Shown here one piece after another: positions 8,180 through 18,083 of a stretch of DNA of 27,202 nucleotides. Source of the stretch: a virus (Duplodnaviria > Caudoviricetes). The position numbers and the translations under genes were made by a program. Under the pieces are notes generated by a model, which did no database searches, was not told the DNA's origin, and saw only the letters and a program-made list of their open reading frames with translations. Each line of letters begins with the position of its first letter. The first letter of the stretch is position 1. The DNA lies in IMG/VR virus record IMGVR_UViG_3300006738_000062, positions 1-27,202 of that record, one strand, 5' to 3'.

Positions 8180-11100
8180 ATGGTCCCACAGGGATTTCAG
8201 CCTACCTTAGACCAGGCTACAGTACAGAATTATATAAAGCTGTATCAGCAGAAACCTGAAGGTATCTCTGACGAAGAGTTAAAGATGCTTGAGAACCATG
8301 CTGAGTTTTATCATATACCATTCGCAGAGGACGAAGGAGCCCACCAAGGAAGAATCTCAGGACTAATAGGTCAGCTTGGAGCTGGTTTTGGCTCTGGGTT
8401 TAGTACTTTTAATATGGGAAGAGCTCCGAAAGATGAGTGGGAGAGTATCGCCCGTAATGTTGGACATCTTGCTGGTTTCGTAGGGTTTGTTCCTATTCCA
8501 ATGAAGATTGCTCGTATGAGTAAGCTTGCAATGGGACTAAAGAAACTACAGGGTAAGTCAGTACCTATGTTGGCTGCTAACCTACTTACTAAAAAGGTTT
8601 CAAAGATTGCTTCAAGTACTTTAGCTAAAGGAGTTACGGCTAGAGCAGGTGCTACTGGTACAGCCACTGAATTTCTACAAAAAGGTGTAGTACAGGACTT
8701 AGCAAAGGGAGCATTCCATCTTGGTGTAGCCAGTTCAGTAGGTGCGTGGCAAGGTGGGGTTGATGAAATGATGAGAGCATTTATTGGTGGTGCAGAGACT
8801 GGTGCTGTATTTAGAGGTATTGGTAATATTGTCCAGACAGGGAGTAAGGTTGGCGATAAGGTATTGCGAGGACTTTCTTCTTCTCTATACACTGGTCTCC
8901 ATTCTACTATGCAGGGAGCTACAACTCCTGAGCAAGTATATGAATATCTCCTTGGTGCTTACTTTGGAGTTAAGGAAATGCCTTACCATAGGAGACAGGG
9001 CTTTGGGCATATTAATAAGATGTTTAAGAAAGGTACTCGTGACCCAGAGATAGTCAAGGGTTGGGAAGAGCTCGATGGTAAGACTCAAAACTTTATTAAA
9101 GAAGAAGTTAGCCATATTCGTGGGAAGACTGAACAGGTAAGTGCTTTAGCATATAAACTTTCTGAATATAGTGGCATCCCAATTGAGGAAGCTCAAGTAA
9201 AAGCTAAAGAAATTATAGACCGTATACCTAAGTATTCAAAATATGGGGAAGAGATATCTCCTCTCTCAGAGAAGTTACTTGAAAAGGATGAAGCCTTTGA
9301 ATTGATTATGCGGCAAGATAAGGAGCCAAAGGGAGACCACTCAAGGGATGAGGCCGATGTTGGCAATCCAGTTCTTGAGGACTTGGTCTTCACAAAGAAG
9401 ACTGAAGGCTGGGTTCAGAGGAATATGGAAGGCAAGTGGGAGACTGAAGGAGAGCGTGCTCAAACAACCTTAGATGTAGAGAACCAATGGGATGCATTAT
9501 CTGCTGAAGGAAGGAAAACAAAAAAGAACCCATCGCAAGAGATGGTTGACTGGCTCCAGAAAAAGTATGAAATAAGCCTTGACGAAAAGAATGTAAATTG
9601 GTGGAGACAACGTGGTGAACGCTTAATTAAAGCAAGGCGTGTACCAATGCTTACTGTTAGAGATGGAGAGATGAGAGAGATACTTGCTGGTGATGACCGT
9701 AATGATGTTGGTAATGAGAAACTCCTTCTTGAAGAACCTAAGCTTGTAGATGAAGTATACGGGACTGCAGCTGACCGTGAAGGTCTTGTTCCTGCTGAAC
9801 CTGGAGGTGAAAAAACATATAAAGGGACTGTGAGAACTTTAGCTCCCAATCAAATATTTGTTTTTGGAAGTAACGAAGGAAGCTCTAAGGGAGGGAAACC
9901 TACCCATGGGAGAGGTTCTGCTTTACACGCAAAGCAAAAATTTGGTGCTGTCCAAGGACAGCCAAGAGGATTACAGGGCAAATCATATGGTATAGTAACA
10001 AAAAAACATTATGATGTTCCAAAATCTAGTTCGCCAGAGGAGATTAAATCTGAGATAAAAGAACTTTATAATTTTGCTGAAGAGAACCCAAATAAAGAAT
10101 TTATTATACCCTACGGTATTGGTAAAGGGCTTAGTGGATATGCTCCAAAAGAAATGGCAAAGTTCTTTAGAGAGGCTGGCGATATACCTAATAATATAAC
10201 ATTTAAGAGTGGCTTTAATGAGTTAGTAAGGGCAGGTGGAGTCGCTAAGGGTAAGCATTCTTATACAATACTTGACCATGCTGTTGAGATGACTGAAAAT
10301 GGTTATAGGGAAGTAGACCTGCTTGATTTAGAAGAAACGTATTATCGGAGGGTTGAGCCTGAACATCTAAACGCTTCTTTATCTGGCGAAGGTCCAAAGG
10401 ATTATAGAAAAGCAGCAAGGAAAGCTGCATCAAATATGGTAAAGGATTTCCATTCAAAGAACTTTATGGTAATGGACTCAAAGGGTTTCTATTATTATGG
10501 CGGTAAGGGAGATGCTCAGAGACAATACTTTTTAAAGTATCATCCTAATATAAAGAAGACTCCTCTTGCAGCTAAAAAGCAACTGTCTGATATCCGTAAA
10601 GAATTTATCAAGCATGGTATAAAAGCTACAGAATTTGATAAAGCTTTTAATAAGGACATGGCTGAGTGGGTAAGTGAGATGAGACAAATAGACCCTAAAG
10701 TTGCTGAAGAAATGTTTAAGAAAGCTTATGTGTCTAATACCCTTTATGAACTAGAGATGAACGGATTCTCTCCAGAGTTTAAAAACCTAGAGAGCACTCT
10801 TAAGGATGGCTTTATAAACAGTGCTGGAGCATTTAATAAACGGCAACAGATATGGTTCACTAGTGGCTTCAGTTCTACGCCTGACTTAATAAAGGAAAAG
10901 ATATCTGATGTAACAGCTGATGGTAAGTATAAAGTATATGTAGTTGAAGATGATAATGCTAAACAGTGGCCACTCTGGAGTGATGGAGCTATCCTTGGAA
11001 GAGAAGATGTAATCAATGCTCAGAATACTGACTGGGGTTTACCTACTGAAGGTAATGTGAGTAAGTCATTTATTGTATCTCGTATGACAGACGATGTTGG

Positions 11101-14100
11101 TAATCCACAGGGTGCACTGCTTGGTAAGTATATGGCACACGCCGGCTCTGCTCCAGTAGAGCAACTTTTAAGAGATAAAAATGCACACTTCATAATAAAC
11201 AAGTCGTCAGCTAAACAGTGGGGCTTGTTAAAACCAGGGAAATTAAAGTGGACAGCTGATAAGAATAATCCTGATGGCGGAACAGTTAGAGTTACTGGTA
11301 AAGAGATTTATATACCAGTAGAAGATTTTAAAGGTGTGCTATCTGAGAAGACTGACTCTAAATCATTAGAATGGCAGCGTCTTCCCAAGCAGATGTTATC
11401 GAACCTCACCCCATTCGCTCATAAAGATATTAAGCCTGAGGTTATTGAGGACTTCTATAATTCATTATCAAGAGAAGCCTTTGGTGGACAGGAAGAAGCG
11501 AACAAAACACTTAGGACTTATCTTAAAAACCCTGAGGGTAATAAATCAATGCTCCCAGATATAATAAAGAATATGGATTCTATTGGGATTAGTGAACTGC
11601 TTCGTGGTATTAAGCAGGGTAATGCAGTTGCCTTTTCTAATGCAGCTTATGCTAAGATACAAAAGGTTAACCGAACGATAATGGAAGAGATGGTTTCCGA
11701 AGGAGATATGACTAACAAAGAATATAAGGATTCCATGACAGAAGCTAGTGAACAGCTGAATGTTCACGAAAGAATTATGAAGTTCAGCGAAGATAGTTTA
11801 CTTGGCGTGCTCCATAAGTTTAATCATGACTATAGAATGCAGGCCATAAGAAACTATGTAGTCCATAGAATTACAAGACCAGAGGTTGGGAATAGTTTCA
11901 GTGCAAGGATGAGACCTTTTGATATAGGTCTGCGTGGAGAAAGACAAGATGACCCTGAGGGGTTATATCAGACCCATCGTTTGAAAAGAAATAAGAATCT
12001 GTTCTTCCTTGACGATGGTTATAAGAATCTTTTACTTAGGAGTGAGCATTGGAAGGGAACCCGTACATTATTTGATGTCTTTAAGGAGTATCAAAGCAGT
12101 GGTTTAGACCCAGTCATGAGAGATAAATCTGCTATCAATGTAGCTGACTTGATGTTTAAAAGATGGACGAAAGCCAAGAAGACAGATACTGCTGTTTTTA
12201 CTGAAATGGATATTCCTGTTAGAGGAAATGTAAGCGGAGCTGTTCATCTTGATAAAATCATTAGTGCTGGTGGCATAGTTGGGAAGAAAGGTGAAAAAGG
12301 AGCTTATAAAGTTGAAAAGATAGTGGGCGATAAGTATAGAATATCAAAAATTACTAAACCACCTGTTCCTAAGATCGGATTCAAGGGTATACGCCCTCAG
12401 ATAGAAGAGCTACTTAGGGGAGTTATTGTTCGTGTTCCTATGGATTCAATGTCTGGAGCCAGGGGAATACGTTTTGGTGGATTTACAAAGGTCGGCGGGT
12501 ATGGCATCTTGCTCCGACAAGAGGCTATGGATGCTCTGGGGGGAGCAGACCTTGATGGTGATAAGGCGTTTGGTTTCTTTGGCGGTGGAGCTGGTAATGG
12601 ATTTAAGAAAAGCTGGAAGGATATGTATTCTAATCAAGTAAATGAATTTGGTGGTGAGTCTTCCAATGCTGTCAAGGCTGCCTTTAGGGATAGATTTACA
12701 GAGACTCCTATATTGACCCCTGCTCAGGAGAAAAAGAAAGAACGCGCTGAGAAGGTTCTCCAGTATAGTCCCCAGAGAAGACAGTTCTTTTCGAATGCAG
12801 CCACTTCTGGTAGAGCAATACTTGGTCCTGCTGTTGTTACACGAAGCGTGTTGGGTGCAGCATACGCTGCTGCAAGAGCATCAAAAAAAGGATATGTTGA
12901 GACAGAAACAGTATTATATGACAAAAATCGGAATCCTTTTGATGCAATAATAAGGATGGTTCCTAGGACTAAACCAGAAGATATTAAACTTTTTAACAGG
13001 AAAGCAAGGGCTATTGTATCCTTTGCATCTGACCCTATGGATGAGGCTGGATTAAAAAGCAGGGATATTATCTTTGACGAGCTTGCTAATACTGCATTTA
13101 AATGGGAAGTCTTCTCTGTGAATAAGGACGGTAAGCGTACTTATTTAAGGAAGAAGAGTGCTGAAATGAACACTGATAAGCAATATAAGTATAAGCTGAC
13201 TCATCATTTAAGACGTAAAGGTCTTGCACAGATGCTTGGTGGGGTGAATACTGCCCTATACGGCCGTAACTTAACTGAGGGGCGTAGATGGACCTTTGAC
13301 GAGATAAAGTCCCGTGTAGATGCCGTTACGGACCCTGTAATGGGTCTATCTGAGAATATGCGGAATACCCTAATCCCAAAACTAGCAGCTGACATGAAAG
13401 GGATTGACTGGACAGATAATATATTTGCAAGGATAGATAAGGAGCGTTTACGTGACCTTTATGGTCGGCATGAAGATAACTTAGGTGCTTTCAAATGGCT
13501 CAGAGACCTGCTTGGCAGGAGTACAATGCGTGTAAAGGAAGGTGCATATATTGACTTAGTGTTTAATAAAAAACTTTGGGAAGAATCAAGTCTTCGTAAG
13601 TTATTAGACCCTAAGATAGAAGACCCTCTTAAACACCCAGATTTTGCTGCTTATAATAAATTAAGTATCAAAGAAGGAGATAAAGAATACTATAACCCTA
13701 AAGATATGGTACAGAGAGAACGGTTTCTTAGGGATATCCTTAGAAAAGCAGAAGATTATATTATAAATGATATGTCCGACATGGTAAGCTCAGCTAGGAT
13801 AGCCGATATTGCACGAGGGCTTCCTGAGGCAACCATTGAAGAGATTTCAGAGGTAGCTGATAACTTAAAAAGGTTCTCTTATCTCCAGGCAAGAAGGAGA
13901 GCTAAGGTATTAGACCCCACAAAAGAAGACCTCACTGATGCTGAACGTGAGTTTGTAGAATACATGGAAAGAGCTGGAGCTGATAAGCCTTTCTCAAGTT
14001 TGATTGACCAGAATACTATCAATCTAAAGATTAACCAGATGAAATGGGAACACGAAACTAATGCTTTAGGTCAAGTAAGATTTATAAAAGACCCTAAGAA

Positions 14101-17100
14101 TGGTAAATATGTACCCAAGATGACTGCACAGGAAGCTGACTTATTAGATGCTATGTTACTAGGCTCAATGAATAGAGGCAGACATGAAGAACTGGCCAAG
14201 ATTGAGGAGGCATGGAAAAAGGTTAGGAAGACTGGGAACATACCAAAGTCTTGGAAACTGAAGCAGCAAGTAGAGAACCTCCGAAAGAAAGTAGATAGCA
14301 CAAGTGTAAATCGTTTAGGATTTGCATCAAAAGCAGTAAGCGATAGAAGTGTTAAAGGATTTGTAGAGGATTTTAAAACATTATTTAATTATACAACAAG
14401 TATTCCAAGTGAGGCAACACAAAAGAGAGTTAAAGAAGAAGCTGCAATGGCTGGACGTAGGGTCCCGCTTATTGATGAAGAAGGTAACAGGGTTCATGGA
14501 AGCGTATTTGAAGCATCAGACTATGACCAAAGAACTCAAAAGTATCTGGATGAATATGCCCCCTTTGTTGGGCTAAAAGATGCTCCATTAAAAGGCGAAG
14601 CTTTGAAAGTCTATCTTTCTCTTAAAGAGCATCTTGACCATTACCATAATGATATAGGAAGAGATTTAAATGGATTTGTAAGGTCAATACTTGGCAGACA
14701 GGGAAGGCCAGGGAAAGATATCAACGAGATGGACCTTGAAGATTTTAGGGTTCTTGATAGATGGTTTAAGGATGCAAGGGGTGGCACTTGGTACCAGAAG
14801 TTATTCAGACCAGTCGATGTGAAGAAAGGGCCTGCAATATCTGGTTGGTTTTATAATATGTTTCCAGAAGCTATTGGTAGAGACTTATTGAGATATGAAC
14901 TTAACTTAATGGATGAACGTAGACCCTATAAGGACAAGTATGGTAATATTATTGAAGGTAAAGTTCGTACTCCCGTTTCTTTTATGGAAAAGTTAATGAA
15001 CGTATCTCACAAAGCGCAGGAACAGTCTACACAGGCATTCGAAGAAGAGAAGAAGCTACTTGATGCAGACCTTGACCCATATCTAAAGGGGATAGAAGAA
15101 GCAGATGCTCTTTATGATATAGCCATAAGAAGACATGAAATGAATATGATGAAGGTTCTTAAGGACCAATATGCAGGTACAGGCGTATACACATACTATA
15201 AAAGTGTTTATGACAATAATTTAAGGAAGTCAAAAAAAGAAACTGACTGGAAGAATTTAAAACATAAAGAATTTCTTGTTATGCTCCCAGGGAAAGACGG
15301 TGTACCAGTAGGAAAGAAGATGACGGGGAGAGAAATAGCAAATGATGTAAGTAAAATTGTAGAGAAATGGAATGAGAAGATACATAGATGGCTTACTGGG
15401 GATAAAGAGATAATTAACGAGTACATAAAGATAGATGACGGAAGTTTACATGGCTTAATTAAATTACGTAAAAGATTTATGGCTGACCTAGAGAAGAGCT
15501 GGAAATATGGGAAAAGATTTGATATTGGAGTTGGCATTGATGGTATGAGAAAAATAGCAAAAAGAATTGCAATGAGTCAGCTTCCAAAAGAATTAAGGAA
15601 AGATGTACCAATGCTCAGGGAGAACTTAGAGATACAGGATACTCAACAGCTTCCCTTTAATGCATACTACCCTCATAAAGCTCTTGATAGGAAAAGTGCA
15701 AGTGAAGCTATTAAGAGAGCCCTTGACTTGGTTAATAATGATGGTTCAATGACTGAGAAAGATAGGATTGATGAGGTAAAGAAATTAAGCTTCCATCATA
15801 GGCAATTAACAGGGGACTGGCTGTCTGTTGACCCAATGGAAGATACTTATAAACATTTAGACACTGCTCATAGAGAGATAGCTGAAGGAAAGAAAGAAAG
15901 CGAAAAAGGAATTAGATGGTTCCATGCTAACCAAAGGGTTGGAAGTCAGCACTCTAGGTCAGCACATATCCCAGGTTGGAGAGTTGCTCCTGAGATATAT
16001 GAAAGTTATATGAAAGATGTCCTTGATACTTACTATAGACTGGTTGCTCAAGTAGCCTCAAAGACAGCAATAACTGACTTTATGTATAAAAACCTAAAGA
16101 AATACTCTAACCCAGATATGACATTAGCATGGGTTGATTTCTACAACCTTTATGTTCAGGGGGCTATGGGATACCCAAGTAAAATACCTCCTCGCGTAAT
16201 GAATAATCCTTTGATGAAAATAAAGGGAACTCCTTATGCATGGTTCGCCGACAGCACTGTATTAAAAAGGATGAATAGTATAGCTAAAAAATTTGGATTA
16301 AGACAGGATGAAAGACTACCAGAAGAGCTGAAAGGGTTTGATGCTGGACAGCTTGCAGCCTGGGGAAATCTTGAAGCAAAGTACCAATTAGCATCACTTC
16401 TCATGCACCCTAAGTTCAGCATTGCTAACCTTTACGGTGGTTCAGTTCATACTTTGGTTTCAACTGGTTTTGATAATTTTAAGAATTCTCATAAGTTTGG
16501 ATATTTAAAAAGACATCTCAATCCTAACTGGGAAAGTATGAAGGATGTGGATAGCTGGGTACATAGCCATGGTGTGATTGAAGAGTTTATGAGGTACGAG
16601 GCAGATATAAACCCACAACTTAAAAGCCATAGATGGCAGAAATTTATAAAAGAAGCATCGGGAAAGATTAGAAAGGACCCTGAATTAGAAGATGTATCCC
16701 TATTAAGTATTGCTAAAAAGCATGGGATAACTGAATCAATGCTTGATAAAGCAGCTATCTTTATGAGAAAGCCGGAACGTCTATTACGTAGAAGTGCATT
16801 TGTTTCTCATTATCTACAGGCAAAAGACCATTTTGGTGCTGCATATAAATTTGACCATCCTCATCTTGTTGAATTTGCCAAGAAGGGGGTAAAGGGTACA
16901 CAGTTTTTATATAGTGCTCCTCATAGACCAATGTTTGCAGCTACAACTACTGGTAAAGTAATGACTAGGTTCCAGCTCTGGGCATGGAACTCTGTTAGGT
17001 TTAGAAATCAGGTATTAAGAAATGCTGAAATATATGGATGGCGTGAAGGTTCACAAGAATTTGAAAGATATAAGCGGCTGGCAGTTGCAGACCTCATGAT

Positions 17101-17518
17101 GTTATCACTTGGTTCCGTGTTTATGTATTCCCTCTTCGAGAATGCACTGCCAGCTCCTTATAATTGGTTCCAGGATTTTGCTGACCTTATGTTTGGAGAT
17201 GATAAAGAAAGGGAGAGAGCGTTCTTTGGGTCATATCCATATCCTTTGCAGCCTCTACAAATGGTAACGCCCCCAGCCCTTAGGATACTCCCTCCCTTAT
17301 TTAAAGGGATAGTTACAGATGATTACTCTAAGTTAAGTGGTTATTACATTTGGAGTATGTTCCCAGGCGGTAGATTTGCTAGAGATATAAAGGGTTCAAT
17401 AGAAAATCCAAGTCGTTTAGTTGAAAAGATGACTGGTCTTCCCTACCAGCAGTTCTCCCGTGAACTAAGTAAAGAAAAAAAGAAAGAAAAATTAAGACCG
17501 AAAGGACTTCTATCGTGA
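8180..17518 (+). CDS. Giant polyvalent virion protein containing a two-barrel (DPBB) DNA-dependent RNA polymerase, crAss-type virion RNAP-like, 3112 aa
   Basis: Catalytic-type motif LGGADLDGDK (DLDGD at 12548-12562, about aa 1457-1461), preceded about 39 aa upstream by RVP (12431; equivalent to the RxP of beta-prime). Upstream WSDG (about 10980), GKY (11126) and KSSAK (11201-11215) resemble first-barrel motifs of RNAi-RdRP-like two-barrel polymerases. Located at the end of the ejection gene cluster. Confidence 0.8.
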   Translation: MVPQGFQPTLDQATVQNYIKLYQQKPEGISDEELKMLENHAEFYHIPFAEDEGAHQGRISGLIGQLGAGFGSGFSTFNMGRAPKDEWESIARNVGHLAGFVGFVPIPMKIARMSKLAMGLKKLQGKSVPMLAANLLTKKVSKIASSTLAKGVTARAGATGTATEFLQKGVVQDLAKGAFHLGVASSVGAWQGGVDEMMRAFIGGAETGAVFRGIGNIVQTGSKVGDKVLRGLSSSLYTGLHSTMQGATTPEQVYEYLLGAYFGVKEMPYHRRQGFGHINKMFKKGTRDPEIVKGWEELDGKTQNFIKEEVSHIRGKTEQVSALAYKLSEYSGIPIEEAQVKAKEIIDRIPKYSKYGEEISPLSEKLLEKDEAFELIMRQDKEPKGDHSRDEADVGNPVLEDLVFTKKTEGWVQRNMEGKWETEGERAQTTLDVENQWDALSAEGRKTKKNPSQEMVDWLQKKYEISLDEKNVNWWRQRGERLIKARRVPMLTVRDGEMREILAGDDRNDVGNEKLLLEEPKLVDEVYGTAADREGLVPAEPGGEKTYKGTVRTLAPNQIFVFGSNEGSSKGGKPTHGRGSALHAKQKFGAVQGQPRGLQGKSYGIVTKKHYDVPKSSSPEEIKSEIKELYNFAEENPNKEFIIPYGIGKGLSGYAPKEMAKFFREAGDIPNNITFKSGFNELVRAGGVAKGKHSYTILDHAVEMTENGYREVDLLDLEETYYRRVEPEHLNASLSGEGPKDYRKAARKAASNMVKDFHSKNFMVMDSKGFYYYGGKGDAQRQYFLKYHPNIKKTPLAAKKQLSDIRKEFIKHGIKATEFDKAFNKDMAEWVSEMRQIDPKVAEEMFKKAYVSNTLYELEMNGFSPEFKNLESTLKDGFINSAGAFNKRQQIWFTSGFSSTPDLIKEKISDVTADGKYKVYVVEDDNAKQWPLWSDGAILGREDVINAQNTDWGLPTEGNVSKSFIVSRMTDDVGNPQGALLGKYMAHAGSAPVEQLLRDKNAHFIINKSSAKQWGLLKPGKLKWTADKNNPDGGTVRVTGKEIYIPVEDFKGVLSEKTDSKSLEWQRLPKQMLSNLTPFAHKDIKPEVIEDFYNSLSREAFGGQEEANKTLRTYLKNPEGNKSMLPDIIKNMDSIGISELLRGIKQGNAVAFSNAAYAKIQKVNRTIMEEMVSEGDMTNKEYKDSMTEASEQLNVHERIMKFSEDSLLGVLHKFNHDYRMQAIRNYVVHRITRPEVGNSFSARMRPFDIGLRGERQDDPEGLYQTHRLKRNKNLFFLDDGYKNLLLRSEHWKGTRTLFDVFKEYQSSGLDPVMRDKSAINVADLMFKRWTKAKKTDTAVFTEMDIPVRGNVSGAVHLDKIISAGGIVGKKGEKGAYKVEKIVGDKYRISKITKPPVPKIGFKGIRPQIEELLRGVIVRVPMDSMSGARGIRFGGFTKVGGYGILLRQEAMDALGGADLDGDKAFGFFGGGAGNGFKKSWKDMYSNQVNEFGGESSNAVKAAFRDRFTETPILTPAQEKKKERAEKVLQYSPQRRQFFSNAATSGRAILGPAVVTRSVLGAAYAAARASKKGYVETETVLYDKNRNPFDAIIRMVPRTKPEDIKLFNRKARAIVSFASDPMDEAGLKSRDIIFDELANTAFKWEVFSVNKDGKRTYLRKKSAEMNTDKQYKYKLTHHLRRKGLAQMLGGVNTALYGRNLTEGRRWTFDEIKSRVDAVTDPVMGLSENMRNTLIPKLAADMKGIDWTDNIFARIDKERLRDLYGRHEDNLGAFKWLRDLLGRSTMRVKEGAYIDLVFNKKLWEESSLRKLLDPKIEDPLKHPDFAAYNKLSIKEGDKEYYNPKDMVQRERFLRDILRKAEDYIINDMSDMVSSARIADIARGLPEATIEEISEVADNLKRFSYLQARRRAKVLDPTKEDLTDAEREFVEYMERAGADKPFSSLIDQNTINLKINQMKWEHETNALGQVRFIKDPKNGKYVPKMTAQEADLLDAMLLGSMNRGRHEELAKIEEAWKKVRKTGNIPKSWKLKQQVENLRKKVDSTSVNRLGFASKAVSDRSVKGFVEDFKTLFNYTTSIPSEATQKRVKEEAAMAGRRVPLIDEEGNRVHGSVFEASDYDQRTQKYLDEYAPFVGLKDAPLKGEALKVYLSLKEHLDHYHNDIGRDLNGFVRSILGRQGRPGKDINEMDLEDFRVLDRWFKDARGGTWYQKLFRPVDVKKGPAISGWFYNMFPEAIGRDLLRYELNLMDERRPYKDKYGNIIEGKVRTPVSFMEKLMNVSHKAQEQSTQAFEEEKKLLDADLDPYLKGIEEADALYDIAIRRHEMNMMKVLKDQYAGTGVYTYYKSVYDNNLRKSKKETDWKNLKHKEFLVMLPGKDGVPVGKKMTGREIANDVSKIVEKWNEKIHRWLTGDKEIINEYIKIDDGSLHGLIKLRKRFMADLEKSWKYGKRFDIGVGIDGMRKIAKRIAMSQLPKELRKDVPMLRENLEIQDTQQLPFNAYYPHKALDRKSASEAIKRALDLVNNDGSMTEKDRIDEVKKLSFHHRQLTGDWLSVDPMEDTYKHLDTAHREIAEGKKESEKGIRWFHANQRVGSQHSRSAHIPGWRVAPEIYESYMKDVLDTYYRLVAQVASKTAITDFMYKNLKKYSNPDMTLAWVDFYNLYVQGAMGYPSKIPPRVMNNPLMKIKGTPYAWFADSTVLKRMNSIAKKFGLRQDERLPEELKGFDAGQLAAWGNLEAKYQLASLLMHPKFSIANLYGGSVHTLVSTGFDNFKNSHKFGYLKRHLNPNWESMKDVDSWVHSHGVIEEFMRYEADINPQLKSHRWQKFIKEASGKIRKDPELEDVSLLSIAKKHGITESMLDKAAIFMRKPERLLRRSAFVSHYLQAKDHFGAAYKFDHPHLVEFAKKGVKGTQFLYSAPHRPMFAATTTGKVMTRFQLWAWNSVRFRNQVLRNAEIYGWREGSQEFERYKRLAVADLMMLSLGSVFMYSLFENALPAPYNWFQDFADLMFGDDKERERAFFGSYPYPLQPLQMVTPPALRILPPLFKGIVTDDYSKLSGYYIWSMFPGGRFARDIKGSIENPSRLVEKMTGLPYQQFSRELSKEKKKEKLRPKGLLS
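9811..10230 (+). other. Macrodomain-like module (A1S_2505-type phage protein family) embedded in the giant protein
   Basis: IFVFGSN...HGRGSA...KFGAVQGQPRGLQGKSYGIVT...F...GIGKGLSGY matches, as recalled, the FVFGSN/HGxGAA/GLQGQSYAIPT/GCGLAGY pattern of this normally stand-alone phage family. Confidence 0.65.
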
Positions 17519-17997
17519 AAATGGCAATAGCAAAGAGAATACTTGGATGGACATCGTCTAAGCAAGGCATAGCAATGATAGAAGAAGTAGCTGCAAGGCA
17601 GGGAAAGACCCCAGCGAAACTTATTAAAATGGCTACTAATAAGGTAGCAAAAGGCAATGCAATAACAGTAAGTACTGCAGACGATGTTCTTGCTGGCTTT
17701 ACGGAGAATGCCCGTGGCTTTGCAACTGCAAATCCATTACAGGCAGAACTTGTTAAGAATTCAATCCAGGAAGCAACTATAGCACGTCAAAGTTTTGGAA
17801 TTAGAGAAGCTGATTTTGCTGAATGGATGCAGAGACATGCAAGAAAAATGGGAATAAATGCTCCTAAATATTCTGGAGGAAAGCAACAATTGATACAGGA
17901 ACGGAGAATTCTTGATGAGACTCAAGAAAGACAACGTGTTGTAAAGGGCTGGAGACCTGATAATCCATTTTTTGATGAACTTAAAGGTAAAAAATAA
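17515..17997 (+). CDS. Hypothetical protein, 160 aa (alternative ATG at 17521)
   Basis: GTGA overlap with the stop of the giant gene. Uninterrupted ORF on the coding strand. Confidence 0.7.
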   Translation: MKMAIAKRILGWTSSKQGIAMIEEVAARQGKTPAKLIKMATNKVAKGNAITVSTADDVLAGFTENARGFATANPLQAELVKNSIQEATIARQSFGIREADFAEWMQRHARKMGINAPKYSGGKQQLIQERRILDETQERQRVVKGWRPDNPFFDELKGKK

Positions 17998-18083
17998 ATT
18001 AGTTTGGGTTTCCTATCCTTATGCAGTGCTTGTTGAAAAAAAACGCTAAAAACCGAATTTAGATTTTGGGATAATTTTTAGAA

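Noticed and set aside
17998-18083. Possible sigma70 promoter (TTGAAA) and an A8-CGCT string shared with 19798-19809
   Set aside because: No convincing -10 at proper spacing, and the shared string is low complexity.
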